This document shows, in pieces, positions 13,801-26,339 of a stretch of 64,000 nucleotides of DNA (the first letter of the stretch is position 1; each line of letters begins with the position of its first letter). The notes beneath the pieces are model-generated. The model was given only the letters and a program-made list of their open reading frames with translations. It made no database searches and was not told the DNA's origin. Both the position numbers and the translations under genes were made by a program. The stretch spans positions 87,608,001-87,672,000 of the forward strand of contig NC_087437.1 of the NCBI RefSeq assembly GCF_036321535.1. The letters run 5' to 3'. This DNA comes from Camelus dromedarius (Eukaryota).

Positions 13801-14289
13801 TCCAAAAACACATCCGTTGCCCATGCCTGAATTTTTAACAAGTTAAAAACAAGTTAGGAAAAATGGTTGTAGCTGAAATTTGAGTATTTCAATACCATAA
13901 ATTTTGAGGAGCATTTAAAGCTTTTGTTGCAAGGGTCCAATAGTTCTAAACTAGTCTAAACAATATTGCAGAAATGTTGCATAATTAGTGTCAATAGTTT
14001 ACACTAATGTATACAGCTTAAAAATCTGTGTTTAATTCTTCTTTTTTGGGCATCAAACTTTACAAATGGAACTAACTTTCTTTTCTGAGAATCATCCATT
14101 TGTCGAAGTGGAGATTATTGTTCTCATTTTCCCTTTACTTGAAATTCTTTTGTTCAGAAATTCATAAAAATTTGGAGTGTTTTTTGAGATATAAAATTCA
14201 CAACAATTTTCAATAGTTTAAAAATAATAGACAGAAAAAGTGAGATATAACTTTACTGAAGTAGTCACATGATCTAACTAAAATAGACC

Positions 14290-14470
14290 CTGTCTTGAGA
14301 ATTTGGGGTTTGGGTACCCTGCCACTGATCACATGTGCCCTTACTAGATATGTTACTTGATATCTCTGTTCCTCAATAGTCCTCATCTGTGAAATGGCCA
14401 AAAGATGGAGAGTTACTATTTTTCACTGGAATATTGTAAAAATAATACAAAGTATGTGAAACATAAGGAT
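14290..14470 (+). mobile_element. MIR SINE
   Basis: ctgccactgat...gttacttgatatctctgttcctcaatagtcctcatctgtgaaatgg is the MIR core. Confidence 0.75.
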
Positions 14471-14730
14471 TTTTGTCTGCTATCTTAAATAGTGTATAGA
14501 TATGCAGGAAAACAAAAGACTGTAGAAGTTATATCTAGCATAAGTCAGACAGAGTGGTAGTGGAAAAATAAAAAGTGGCATTTACAAATTGTACAAATTG
14601 ATGGCTTCAAACTTTATTTGGAGAATGAAACTAATTAGGTCATGCTTTGGTGGCTTAATGAAGTCACTAATTTCTGGGGAAAATTCAGATAAAAAATTCC
14701 TTACTTAAAAGAAGTCAAGAATACAAAGGA

Positions 14731-15262
14731 TTTGTAAATAAAATTTGTATCTGTTTTTTAGAATCCACATATAAGTGATATCATATGATATTTGCCCTTT
14801 CTCTGTCTGACTTCACTAAGTATGATAATCTCTAGGTCCATCAATGTTCCTGCAATTGGTATTATTTCATTCTTTTTTATGTGTGTGTATATACACATAA
14901 TGGAATATCTTCTTTATCCATTCCAGAAATAGGCTTACGGATATAGGAAACAAACTGGTTACCAGTGGGGGAATGGAGAGTGAGGCATAGATTAAGAGTT
15001 TGGAATTAACAGATACACATTACTATATATAACATAGATAAAAAACAAGGACCTACTGTATAGCACAAGAAACTATATTCAATTTCTTATAATGAGCCAT
15101 AATGGAAAAGAAACTGAAAATATATGTATGTATGTATGTGTATATATATATATATATATATCCGAATCACTTTGCTGTATAACTGAAACTAATATTGTAA
15201 ATCAACTGCATTTCAATAAAAAAAATTAAAAAAAACTTTTCAAAAGCTAAGCAAACAGAAAA
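14731..15262 (+). mobile_element. Young 5'-truncated L1 with 5' inversion (inverted 14731-14923, sense 14923-15262)
   Basis: Both parts align to the non-inverted copy at 49178-49560. Flanked by aagaatacaaagga (14717-14730) and aagaatataaagga (15263-15276), a 13/14 TSD. Confidence 0.92.
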
Positions 15263-17014
15263 AAGAATATAAAGGAAAGCTATGATTTGCTTTGCACAAT
15301 TATATAACTACAGTAAGAAAAATCAAGAGGAAAGCATAAAGGTAATCAAAAAGTTGCCTACCAATACAGATTTGGTTTGAATTCTTTATTATAATTGACC
15401 AAATATACAAAATTATAGCTCACAATTATAAGCTTATCCCACTGCACAATTAGTGGGAGCTTACTTAAATAGGAAGGAAAATACTCAGGAAGTAATAAAC
15501 CATGTCTGGAAAGCTAGTCCTAAAGTGAGAAACCTATAAAATGATGGTAGATGTACACATATCATGGTATGTGGCCACAGATTAATTCCTCAAACTGTCA
15601 AATCTACCCTGAATATAGTAAACATATATTATTTATTTATTCTACATATTTATTTACGTAATTTATATTTGCCTTTGAGCAGCAAAACCAAGTGTAACAT
15701 AAACCACTTAAGGCCAATCAATGTTGGGGCAATAATCTTTTACAGTTATTCAATAAATATTTACTGATGCTGTCAGTATTGCAACACTTAAAGAAACGCT
15801 TTTTGTTCTGTGTAATGTATCAGTTCTTGAACTCTCAATAAAACAGTATTTTGTGATGAATTAACATTTGAATTAAAGGAAATGATACTATTCCAAAAAC
15901 TATAATATTTAGGGGGTGATTTTTTTAAGTTCACAAAACCAGAGTATATAAATTTTATATAGGTATTTATATCAATTTTAACTGAATATATGTAATTATG
16001 AATCTAAATGACCAGTCTAGGCAAAAATTTTTAAATGCACACAATTTCAAGAGAGACAGATATCAGTTAGAAATGCAGGACTGGGTCACGAAAAGAATTC
16101 CTGGGACCTGAGATATTTTAGATTCATAATCGGGGATATTTTCTTATTTTTAAATGCAGACATAATATTTTCATAGGCATTCAGCTGAGCAAAGTAAATG
16201 GTTTTAGAATAAAATCTTAAAATCATAGTGATTTAAAAATGTTTGCTGTGGTATCTAGACTAGTCAAATGTCTACTTCAGCGAGACGCACACACAGAGAC
16301 ACAGACGCACGTACACACGCACACGCATTCCGAGGATGATTCTATAACCTCACTTAAGAGGGCATGCCAGTGTATACATTCCCCTTCAATAAGTAAATAA
16401 ATAAATCAATATGACAAAGAGGTCAAGCAATATTATTAAATTATCTACAGGCTCGGTCATATCTCTCCAAAGACCAAGTTAAATAACATGATCTTTCTCT
16501 TCTGGCAGAAATCCAAAAATGAAGGAAAAAGCAAAGAGTGCTCTTTGAAGAAACAGGATAGGAGACTTACCCATGCAGTTGGTGTGTTGTCTAAAGACAG
16601 TGTTTCTAATCTTCGTAATGACAGTAGAGTTTATTAAAATGTGTTTCTGGCTCTTCCAGCTCATATGGGGGTGTACAGAGCACAGTTTTACGTTATTGGC
16701 ATATGAAATAAATGAAAAATAATTTTTTTAATTTCTAGAGAAAATAAATTCTACTGATTAAGCCAGTTTAACCTGAAACTGAGAACTTAACATTAAAGCT
16801 GAAAATGACAAGGTTCAAAAAACAGGCTGCTCTTAATTATTATCTATGAAATTTTTAAGGAGATACCATAGTATCCAAGATCATTCAGAGTGTTAGAATT
16901 TTAAATAGGCTATGAACGAATGTTGCAAATAAACGGAGCTATGAGAATAGAAAAATTGTATAGTTCAATAGAGAAACAAGTAAAAAAATTGATGTGTATG
17001 GCAAAGTCAGCTAG

Positions 17015-17352
17015 CTATTGGAATTGGCTCCCTTGTGCTTTTAGACACAAACTAAGGCTATATTTCCCCAGCCTGCCTTGCAGGTAGACGAATGTGGCCA
17101 AAGGAACGTTAGCTAAAGTAACGCTATTCTCATTCCTGATGACCGCAGTAGAAATGACTCCCGAGATATGCAGAGCCTTGTGATAAATGGCAGAGGCACA
17201 AAGTAGATGGTGTATCCTAGGAGGAAGGCTCCTCAAGGAGCCACACCAGCCTTGAGCTCTTCCCTAAGCAGAAATTTACTCTCATTGTCTTAATCCATTG
17301 AGATTGGGGGTTTGTCCACAATAGCACCAAGTGTTACCTCAACCAAGTGTAG
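17015..17352 (+). mobile_element. MaLR solo LTR (MLT1I/J-like)
   Basis: ctatatttccccagcctgccttgcag...gtggccaaaggaacgt and the 3' end ttgtcttaatccattgagattgggggtttg...ttacctcaacc. Confidence 0.7.
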
Positions 17353-17363
17353 AAACAAGTTTA

Positions 17364-17531
17364 GAGTAACTTCAGCATACATCACAGTCACCTGGAGAGC
17401 TTGTTAAAACACATCCAATGACCAGACCTCAAGGTTTCTGATTTAGAGAGTCTAGAGTGGGACCTAAATATTTGCATTTTTAGCCAATTCCCCGATGTTG
17501 TGGCTCTCGGTCTCCCACTTTAAGAATTTGC
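17364..17531. mobile_element. MER5A hAT-Charlie element
   Basis: catcacagtcacctggagagcttgttaaaacaca...gtttctgatt...gtctagagtgggacct...atttgcattt...cactttaagaa. Confidence 0.85.
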
Positions 17532-18464
17532 TTCTTTAACTAATACAGTACACTAAAGGCAAGTATAAATTATTATTTTTCTTGGCTACTAGAACTTTGA
17601 GGTATAAAAGAGTTTCTTCTCTTTCTGCCCTGCCACCCCATTTATTTTGGTACCCACGTTAAAGTTTGAACTGGTGTCTAAACCAGGTAAAATGCTTCAG
17701 AGATCCAGAATAGATTATAATTTCCCTATTTCTGCTCTTCCTTCCATAAACACTTCTTTCTTTATGAAGCTAAACGACACATTTTCGGAGACTATCAGGG
17801 AAGAATTAAAATTACAAAATGTGCTGTCAGTTCCTAATTGGATAGAATTTATCAGTAATCCTGTTCTGTCCTTCTCAGTAGCCTACAGCCTGGTCATGTG
17901 CTGGTTCCTGTAATGCACCTTAAACTTCCGTAAGCCTTTCCAACATCCGCTTGCCTGCTTCCCTTTGATTGCTGTCTCTTTTAACTTCACATCTTCTCTA
18001 TTGTCTCCTGGGCATTCGTAAATGACAGGGAACCCAGTTACTGACTTTCAGAACCTTCACATCCCTCAGAAACTAAAATCTCCAATTGTTGCTTGAGTTC
18101 CTGCTTCTTGCTTTCTTGGAACTTCTTCTGCCATCCCATAAATATTTGAACACAATACAGCCATTTAAAGATTCGCAACATTTGGTTTGTCAGCTTCTTT
18201 CAGAAGTTTCAAAAGGAGCTCGATTTTTGAGTAAAGTAAGCTATAGAAACAGCAAGAAAGCATATAGTTTTTTTTCCTCAAAGATGCTCTGCTAAAGTTG
18301 ATGGAACCAAATTTGAAGGATATACACAAACTCTTCAGTTAAACTTTTATATGTAGAAGTCTGTCTACTTACATATATATTTATATTCATGTACTTATAT
18401 AAAGAAATAAATATAAATACAGATATAATACAAAGAACGAAATTTCTCCAAAGAAAATGATTTA

Positions 18465-18595
18465 AAATCAACTATCTTCTCTGTAAACTGGGGACAGTAT
18501 AATACTAAGTCATAGTTTTGTAGTAATTAAATGAGAAAAGGCTTCTAAAATAATACCTGACACAACACTAAAGAATGTTAACTACCACTCCTACT
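18465..18595 (+). mobile_element. MIR 3' fragment
   Basis: tctgtaaactggggac...ttgtagtaattaaatgag...acctgacaca...aatgttaactac. Confidence 0.65.
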
Positions 18596-20052
18596 ACTGC
18601 TTATGACTATGAGTTCCTAAACTGGCATTTTAAGAAGCTACTGAAAACTAGCTGTGTCCTACTGATGCCTGTATTCTAGAAACTGGCTCAATGTTTTGAG
18701 GTTGTTGTTAGTCTGAGACTGGGTGTGGGGGTCTACCCCTTTGGTGTAGGGAGCTGAGTGTCTACAAATGTAGAGGATGCTGAATTTTGAGGCTGCCAGA
18801 CAAAGAGGCAAAGGTGAAATGATTTCAGAGATAGCAGAAGAGGGCTTCAGCCTAAAAACATGAGAGCTTACTGTTACCTAGAATCATTAATTAAATATAT
18901 TTTATAAAGTCTTCATTCCACAGTTTTTAACTAAGGCTTAACCAAAGATGTGTGAATGATGGCACAGCCTTTTTTGAAACTGGCATTAGGAAGAGAATAA
19001 ACAGGAGAAAAGGGTGAGCCTTCTTGGAAGAAAAGTGTGATCCAGTGGGAGTGTGGAGACTTGGAACCAACAAGCAGAAAAAGTGAACCAGGACGGGGCT
19101 GGAGACTAATTTTGTTGTGGTTGCTTTTAAGTCTCGATCAGTTTTCCCCAAATAGCCACAAACATGTTCTGTAATGGCAAAATCCCGTGAGGCACTGGCC
19201 TCTCAATACTGGGTAACATTATTATTGAAAGTTTTCCTGTAGCCACTTTTACCCTCTAAACTACCTGTAAAGATTGCATTAATTTGTGCACAAGATGACA
19301 AAGATAAACACAGAAAACAAAGAACTGTGGAGAAACTATGGTGGAAAACTATTCAACATTAGGCCTTAGTTATATTATTGTACAGACAAGTAGACTGACT
19401 CAACTTAAACTTCAGTGGGTTTCTTTAAATTCTAAAATAGCATTGTTGCTTTCATTTTTTTTTTTTTTAGTTTAATTGGAGCTCAACTTATTCAGGAAAA
19501 TATTAAGGACATTTTTAAGAATACATCATTAAAAGAAGATAACACAATTTACAGGGAGGAAAGAATAAAGAATATATAAACTAATTCATAAAAGGAAGCC
19601 AGGAATAATACTCACACCACAAATTGCTATATTTACTAGTTTTACCAAGGGTATAAGTTTGGGGGGAATTCAAACTGATTTTCATGAGAATTCAAGTGTG
19701 GTAACGTGTGTAAAAGTGCTTTATGGTCCTAGGGCACTAATGAAGGGCTACTTACTTTTTAATAAAATCGTATAGAATCCTTCACTAAATCCATTATTTC
19801 ATTCTCTTCCCCAACCCATCTAGAAACAATATTCACATACAATGGAGGCTTTTCTGGTTCCTATTCTTCAAAGAAGGTAAGAAAAGGAATGAGCTTAGTT
19901 TCTCAAAGCCTGGGTGGCATATCTGCAAAAAGAAGCTGGGCCTTCATAAATCTGAATTGCTTAGAAAAAGGAGCTACACTGTCCTTAGTTTTTATTTCCT
20001 TTATTTATTAAAGAGGTTCCAAAAGCTTTTCGACTACTAAACAGCTCTACCT

Positions 20053-20074
20053 ATATATATATATATATATATAT
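20053..20074. repeat. (TA)n microsatellite
   Basis: Directly visible. Confidence 0.9.
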
Positions 20075-22133
20075 TTTTTAATATAACATATAAATTATAC
20101 TAATATAAATCTAATTAAATTTGCCATAAAATATCCACATGGGCATAAAAATAAAAAAGTATTAAAAATCATATTTTACATTCTTCCTAATACAAAACAT
20201 TTGAAAAAATAATTCAAAGCAATAATTCAAAAAGTATTCCCACTCTAATATATGCCTGGGTTCATTGACCCCTTCTGTGTGTGCACAGGCATGCAGGAAG
20301 AACACCTGGGCCACGCCAGAAATGAACTCAAACTCTACCACCTGGAAAAAAATGCACACATCCCTAATACCTCAACATACCAGGAAACCTAACAGAACTC
20401 ATATGTGTAACAAAATAATATTCCTGTGAGTAAGCATTGGCTTTTCCCTTTTTGACAGTGCTGGAGCATAGAAAACATTCTGGAAGCCACTTGGCAGAGA
20501 CTGTGTTTTTGTGCCTTATTCGTGAACAGAATGCCAACCTATGTCCTTGTCATGAGATTGGTGTGAAAGCTGTTATCAACTTGGTTCAGTCCAATTCTGT
20601 ATAACTCCATACCAAATCCTCCTGAATATATAGTTTGAAACTTTTCAGTAGTACCAAGAAACTGTATTTATCCCCAATGTAATACACCTTAAAATTAGAA
20701 CTCACTTCCTAGAGAAAAAGGAAAGTATAAAAGCAATGCCTGTATTCACTATTATTTGCTAGGCTGTCACACAGAATAACTGTAGAAATTATTCAGTGAT
20801 TTGAAATCATTTCATCATAATGTATGTTTTGTTCCATCTTCAAGGATCAGAAGAATCATAGCATTTGACTAGAGTTCTAAGAACATTACAATTTCATGAT
20901 ACCCTATTGCTCTCAATTGATGTATTCACCCCAGAATGTTTATCACCTCTGAATTTCCCCAATTGATTTAACTAAGGGTATGTGGGGCTATCTCATTACC
21001 TACTTGATAGAAAACAAAACTGTTCCTCTTTCTTGTACTTCTTTTCTTCTTAAAGTTCTCATTGCAATGACCCATCCCTCCTCAGTAAATCACATTGACA
21101 GAGTTTTTAACTCTGCACTTGCTATGAAGACAGCCCTAGACTGTTACCAGATTCTCTGCTAAATAGCTTCTAACCTCTCTGCAATCTATTCTCTCCTTCC
21201 ACCCTTTCAGTTATCTGTGGGCTGGTGTAGCCTCCTCCTGACCCGCCTCTGCTTCAATGTGATTCTCAACTCAAGAGTTCCCCTTACCAGGATTTTCATG
21301 TTACTGCCAATGCTGCCTCTGCATGACAATTTAACCATGTCTCCTCTCCATGTACTCAGGTTGATTCTTCTCTGCTGTTCCCTCTGACTGTCCAGGATTC
21401 ACTATCCCTTTTTTCCCTGAAAAAAAAAGTATTTTTCTAAGCCTATTTAACACTGACTTACTCAAGCAACTGTTTTAATCCTGTTGTTTTCCCTGAGTTC
21501 TTTTCTAAGTGAAAGGTAAAAAGTTATTTCATTTTGATATAGTTGGATTTATTCCATCCTTCAAATTAATTTAAATTTTTGTATTTTAAAATTTTATTTA
21601 TATATACACATATCTTTATTTCATACACATTTTTATAGATAACCATGATATTATCAAAAACACTAAGATGAGAAAGATTATATCTGTATGAATCTTCATA
21701 GGAGAAGTGAGGCCTCATGTCCAGACAGGAATTTTGGTATCAATTTAATAACTACAAAGATGTTCATAATAAACACTAGAACTAAAATATGTGTGAAGTT
21801 TGATAATCAAGCTGACACTTCTTAAATTACATAACGATAAACTGTTTAAAAAAAACCTGAATAATTACAGCTCACCTAATACTATTTAAGCAATCTTAAT
21901 AAACTATTGAATACTAGAAGTTTAAAAACATGTTCAACATTAACTATAATCAAAATATTAATGTAAAGAAAAACAGGATGGATAAAAATATATACAGTAA
22001 ATAAAGGGAAATACCATACCAAATATTTGCCAAAAAATAAGTGTGAGCAAAATTTGATTTATATTGTTCCTTAATGTTAATAGCAACCAAAAATTCATGA
22101 CCTGGATCATACACAACATTAATAGTTTAGAAT

Positions 22134-22590
22134 TATATCAGTAAAAATTAGGTTCAGTCTTGAGTGGTAAAAACCCCAAATAACAGAAGCTTAAACAAGC
22201 TAGAAATTTGTATCTCTGATATAACCCAAACCAGTCTAACATGAAGGCTTTATAATTCAGATTTTCAGTTTCCTTTGATAACGTTTTCTTGTGATCTTCC
22301 ACATATGGTTACACCTCATGGTCAAAAGAGGCTGCTAAACTCAGCCATCACATATGTGTTTTAGCCAAAAAGAAGGAAACAGGATGAAAAAGGATGCTCA
22401 GTTCTGTTAAGGATATTTGCCAGAAGTCACAACATCGTCTTGACTAAAATTAAGCACCTATACTCACCTAACTGCAAGAGTCTCTGGGAAACATAGAGTT
22501 TATTTACTGTGTCTAGGAAAAATCAGGGTCCCATTATTAAGAAAGAAACTTAGAGTAGACATTTGGGGACAACTAGTAGTCTCTGTCACA
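22134..22590 (-). mobile_element. MaLR solo LTR (MLT1J-like)
   Basis: ccaaataacagaagcttaaacaag...catggtcaaaagaggctgct...cagccatcacat...cctaactgcaagagtctctgggaaa...caactagtagtctctgtcaca. Confidence 0.85.
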
Positions 22591-22689
22591 AGGTCATAAT
22601 GAAAAATTTTACATTTGAACACAAAATCAACCTTATATTTTTCTCTACAAAGTATGTAAATGACCCAATTCAAGCCAGTGTCAGAAAAT

Positions 22690-22960
22690 GACTCCCAGGA
22701 CTTACAGGGAATCTACCAGAGGAGAAGTCTCATCTACTGAACTTGGAGTAATGATGCTCTGAGCCCGAAGCCAATGGGGCCACTGATTAGAATCTGAGAA
22801 CAGGGCCAACCAACAGCCAAGATATGCACCTGGTTTAAAAACATTTCTGTTTTTGAATCAAGCTGTGCCTAGAATAAATCCTACCTACATGTGTCAGTAA
22901 ATTTGTTTCCATAATAAGTCAATTTTTGCCAAGATTTTCAAACTTCTGCTAGGCCCAATA
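22690..22960 (+). mobile_element. Ancient MaLR/ERVL-type LTR fragment
   Basis: gaatcaagctgtgcctagaa...tacatgtgtcagtaaatt...aagtcaattt resembles the 3' end of old MLT1/LTR33-type LTRs. Confidence 0.4.
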
Positions 22961-23146
22961 TATACAAGATAGTAGTCCATATTCACAAAGGCAGTGCATT
23001 TCTATTTGTTTATTTTAAATCTTTATCAGGGTCTATATAGTAAAGTGATGCTACATTCGCAAAATCACAATCAACATTCATATAAAGAAAAATGTCCTAT
23101 GTATTTCACTAAAATTTAAGATTTTCCCTTTTTATATACTCTAGGC

Positions 23147-23468
23147 AAACACTGTCTAGTATAAATGTAATGCAAGACTCAAATGTGAGCCACATATGTG
23201 ATTTCAAATTTTCTCAGTTGTCATACTTAAAAGGTAGAAACATGTAAAATTAATTTAATATATTTTGTTTAATATAATACATCAAAATACTAACAATTCA
23301 ATGTGCAATATAAAAATTATTAAAAATACATTACATTCCTTTTTTCATGCTATGTCTGTAAAATTCAGAGTGTATTTTATACTTACAGTCCATTTCAATT
23401 CAGACTAGACATATTTCAAGTGTTCAATAGCTATATGTGGCCAGTGGTTGCCATATTAAATGGCATTG
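23147..23468. mobile_element. MER33 hAT-Charlie element, near full length
   Basis: gagccacatatgtgatttcaaattttct...gtgtattttatacttacag...caattcagactag...atttcaagtgttcaatagc...tgtggccagtggttgccatatt. Confidence 0.9.
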
Positions 23469-23849
23469 CTCAAGTCCAAGTTAATTCACAAGAATGATCC
23501 ATTCCTTAAAGAGTAGAAAGAACGAATTATAAACCAGTTGAGTCTGATAAGTTTGATGGGAAAGGATGTGTATGTATGGGAAATGCGATTATCTTTTAAA
23601 AGAATCTTTTAAATTATTTTAGAAAATCTCTTGTATTTCCTTAAATCTATTTTGATCATTTATTTTTTCTGTATATACAGTTGAAAAGTTATTGGCATAA
23701 ACTTGCATAAAAGCTAAACGATCGTCAGAGCTGCTTTGGTTGAAAGTAACTGGAAACTCAATTTCAATTGTCCTAGGGCTTAAAAAAAAAACAGTGCATT
23801 GGGTTGTCAAGGCCATGAGTGGTCCATGAGTAGTGTATAAGATGTATAA

Positions 23850-24200
23850 AACTTAAGATCCAGGGGCTCAACTATATTATGATCTATGTTGGTTTCGCCT
23901 TCAGTCCAGTAGACAATTCTAGATTTATATCCACTTGGCTCAAATTCAGCAGAAAATAGCACTATTTCCTAACTATGTCCATAAAAACCTGAGTCTGATT
24001 CCCATTGGCCTAAATTGATTCACATGCTCAATTCCTAAAGCAGTTTTGGGGACTCTGGTGGAAATTTGGGTAGATTGAAATGTTTTATTTTCTTAGGTCA
24101 TGTGTCAAAAGCTGGAGCTGGGGATGGAAATTGTCCCTTCCTGAATAAAATGTGGGTAATGGATATTTTGTCAAAGAAATATTGGAAGAATAGATGTGAG
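23850..24200 (-). mobile_element. Old MaLR LTR (MLT1K-like) fragment
   Basis: gatccaggggctcaa...cattggcctaaattgattcacatgctcaattcctaaa...aggtcatgtgtc...ctggagctggggatgg. Confidence 0.55.
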
Positions 24201-25947
24201 ACTGAAGAAAAGCAGAAGATGTCTCCTCCATCTCATTTAACCATTTTAATGTCCTCTGCATCTGTGGTTGCATTTTCTCAATCACACTATTGTGCATTTG
24301 GAATTTTCTCCTTTTTTTTTCTGGCCCATTAAATCGTTAAATTCTAAGTATTTTATCTCAGCTTTAAAAGAAATAAGAAAACTGGTTTGAGTTCTGTTTT
24401 CCTTTGTATGTAATATATTCAGCTTATATTTTATTAATCCCTTCCTTGGTATGTTTTCTTAATTTCAGTTACTTCTGTAGTACCTGAAATTGTAGTAGAA
24501 TCAGGTAAGTATTTGTCAGCTTTTATGCCTGTGCTGAGCCATGTTCTTATGTTTCACATGTTCACTGTCTCATCCTAAAGTTACGAGTGGCCTTCTGCCT
24601 GTCTCTGTTCTGTACACGTCACAATATTAGTATTAGGAGACTGTCATGGAAAATCCTGATTTTCGTTGTAAATTGGTCATCTTCATATGGAATTAAATTA
24701 TCACTGTGAATTATTCCTTCTTTGTTCTCTTGACTTTACTAGCTTTTATAGTAACTACATGAGGCTGTAACCAGAAAACAATGAATATTATTTTTAAAAA
24801 AACATTTAAGTTCATCCTAAAAATATTTTTATCCTTCAATAATATAGTCTCTTTACTTTGGAGATAGCCTCTTCTCGTAAGCCTGGGATAAATCGTTGTA
24901 AAACTGACCTCTTCTCCAAGACTTTCTTCTGAAATAAATAAGCAAACAAAAATAGAAAACCCGATTTTCTTCTATCCTTTTGTGTCTGGTAAGTGCTTAG
25001 GAAGGGGATTTTTCTGAGGATTCTTTTTGTTTTTATCTCTAATCCCTTGCCAACATCGGGAATCAATGGATTCAATCACCTGAGGTCTCATCTAGCTGTA
25101 AATTTCTTGAATTCTTATATTTTTGTCCTGAAACTGCAGTTTTTACATTTTGCATGTATTGCTGATTTGGAAAAAAAATCACCCCTAGCTTGAAACCAGT
25201 TTTTTAACATAGATTTCTCCTGTAGTGTTTACTCCTCTAGTGAGCCAAATGGTCCCTTTCCCAACAGACTTTCATTTTTTTCTAATGGTTTTTAGTTGAA
25301 AGAAATACTCCATCAGTGAAAGGGCTTTATTAAAAATAATTCTGAATTACACAAGCACAACATTTTGCAGGTTTTTCTTTATATGACTAATTTCTCATGT
25401 TTAAATATCTTATAAGAACTGCTTCTCTTGAACAATTTATCAAGAAGAAGCTCTTTAAGACACATTTAATTTCATTTTAAACAAGTTTTCTTTATTCTGT
25501 TGGGAACGACAGGCTATATATAGCTCCTCTGGAATAGTCTATAAAATGCTGTTCAACCCACTATCTCTTGGAAAGAACCACTGTTTCTACAGAGTTTGGG
25601 AAAAACCCTGCTGGTGTAAGGTTATAGTGACATACATCTCTTCAATTACATAATATGTGAACACAAACCTTAGCTCCACAGAGAAGTTATTTCATTCTAT
25701 ACAGTGAGAATGGCAATTCTAGTGTCCTTATTGTTATTAAATAATGCACTAGCTTCATTTGAGTGAGGGAACAGTGTTTAATCTGAAATAATTCTTCATT
25801 TCTCAACATCTTTTTAGTTAAAAATGCAAAATAAATTTTTTGTATACTAAAAAACAATTCACAATGGATTTACTTGGGGTTTTCATAGTGATGAGCTTTT
25901 ACAATTATATATATTTAAATACTTGGCCTTTTTGTGCTGATTAATCA

Positions 25948-26180
25948 AATCATTCATTCAAAGCACCTACTTCGTGCTTGATGATCTCTTAAGTTCTAGA
26001 AGTTTTGCAGTGGAAAAAAAAAAAAAACCCTCATGTGTTCTGCCCTAGAGAAGAGTGAATGAGGAGGATGTTGATTGTACCATTAAGGCAAATAATAACT
26101 TAGTTAAATTTTCTATAGAGGAAAAGTTCACACACAGTACTATGTGAAAAAGTAAGAGGGAGACTAACTTGGAAGTGTTC
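25948..26180 (-). mobile_element. L2 3' end
   Basis: tcattcattcaaagcacctact...ctgccctagag is the antisense L2 tail. Confidence 0.6.
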
Positions 26181-26339
26181 TCAGGTACAAACTGCTTGTC
26201 CTCTAGATGCCTCTCCCCTCAGGATGAGAGTGATGTCAACACAGTTTCCTCTTTGTAGCAAGATGGAGAGCTCCGTATTCCCCTACCTTCTTATATATAA
26301 GCCCTTTGCTTCCTTTTAGCTGACTTGACCGCTAGTCAG

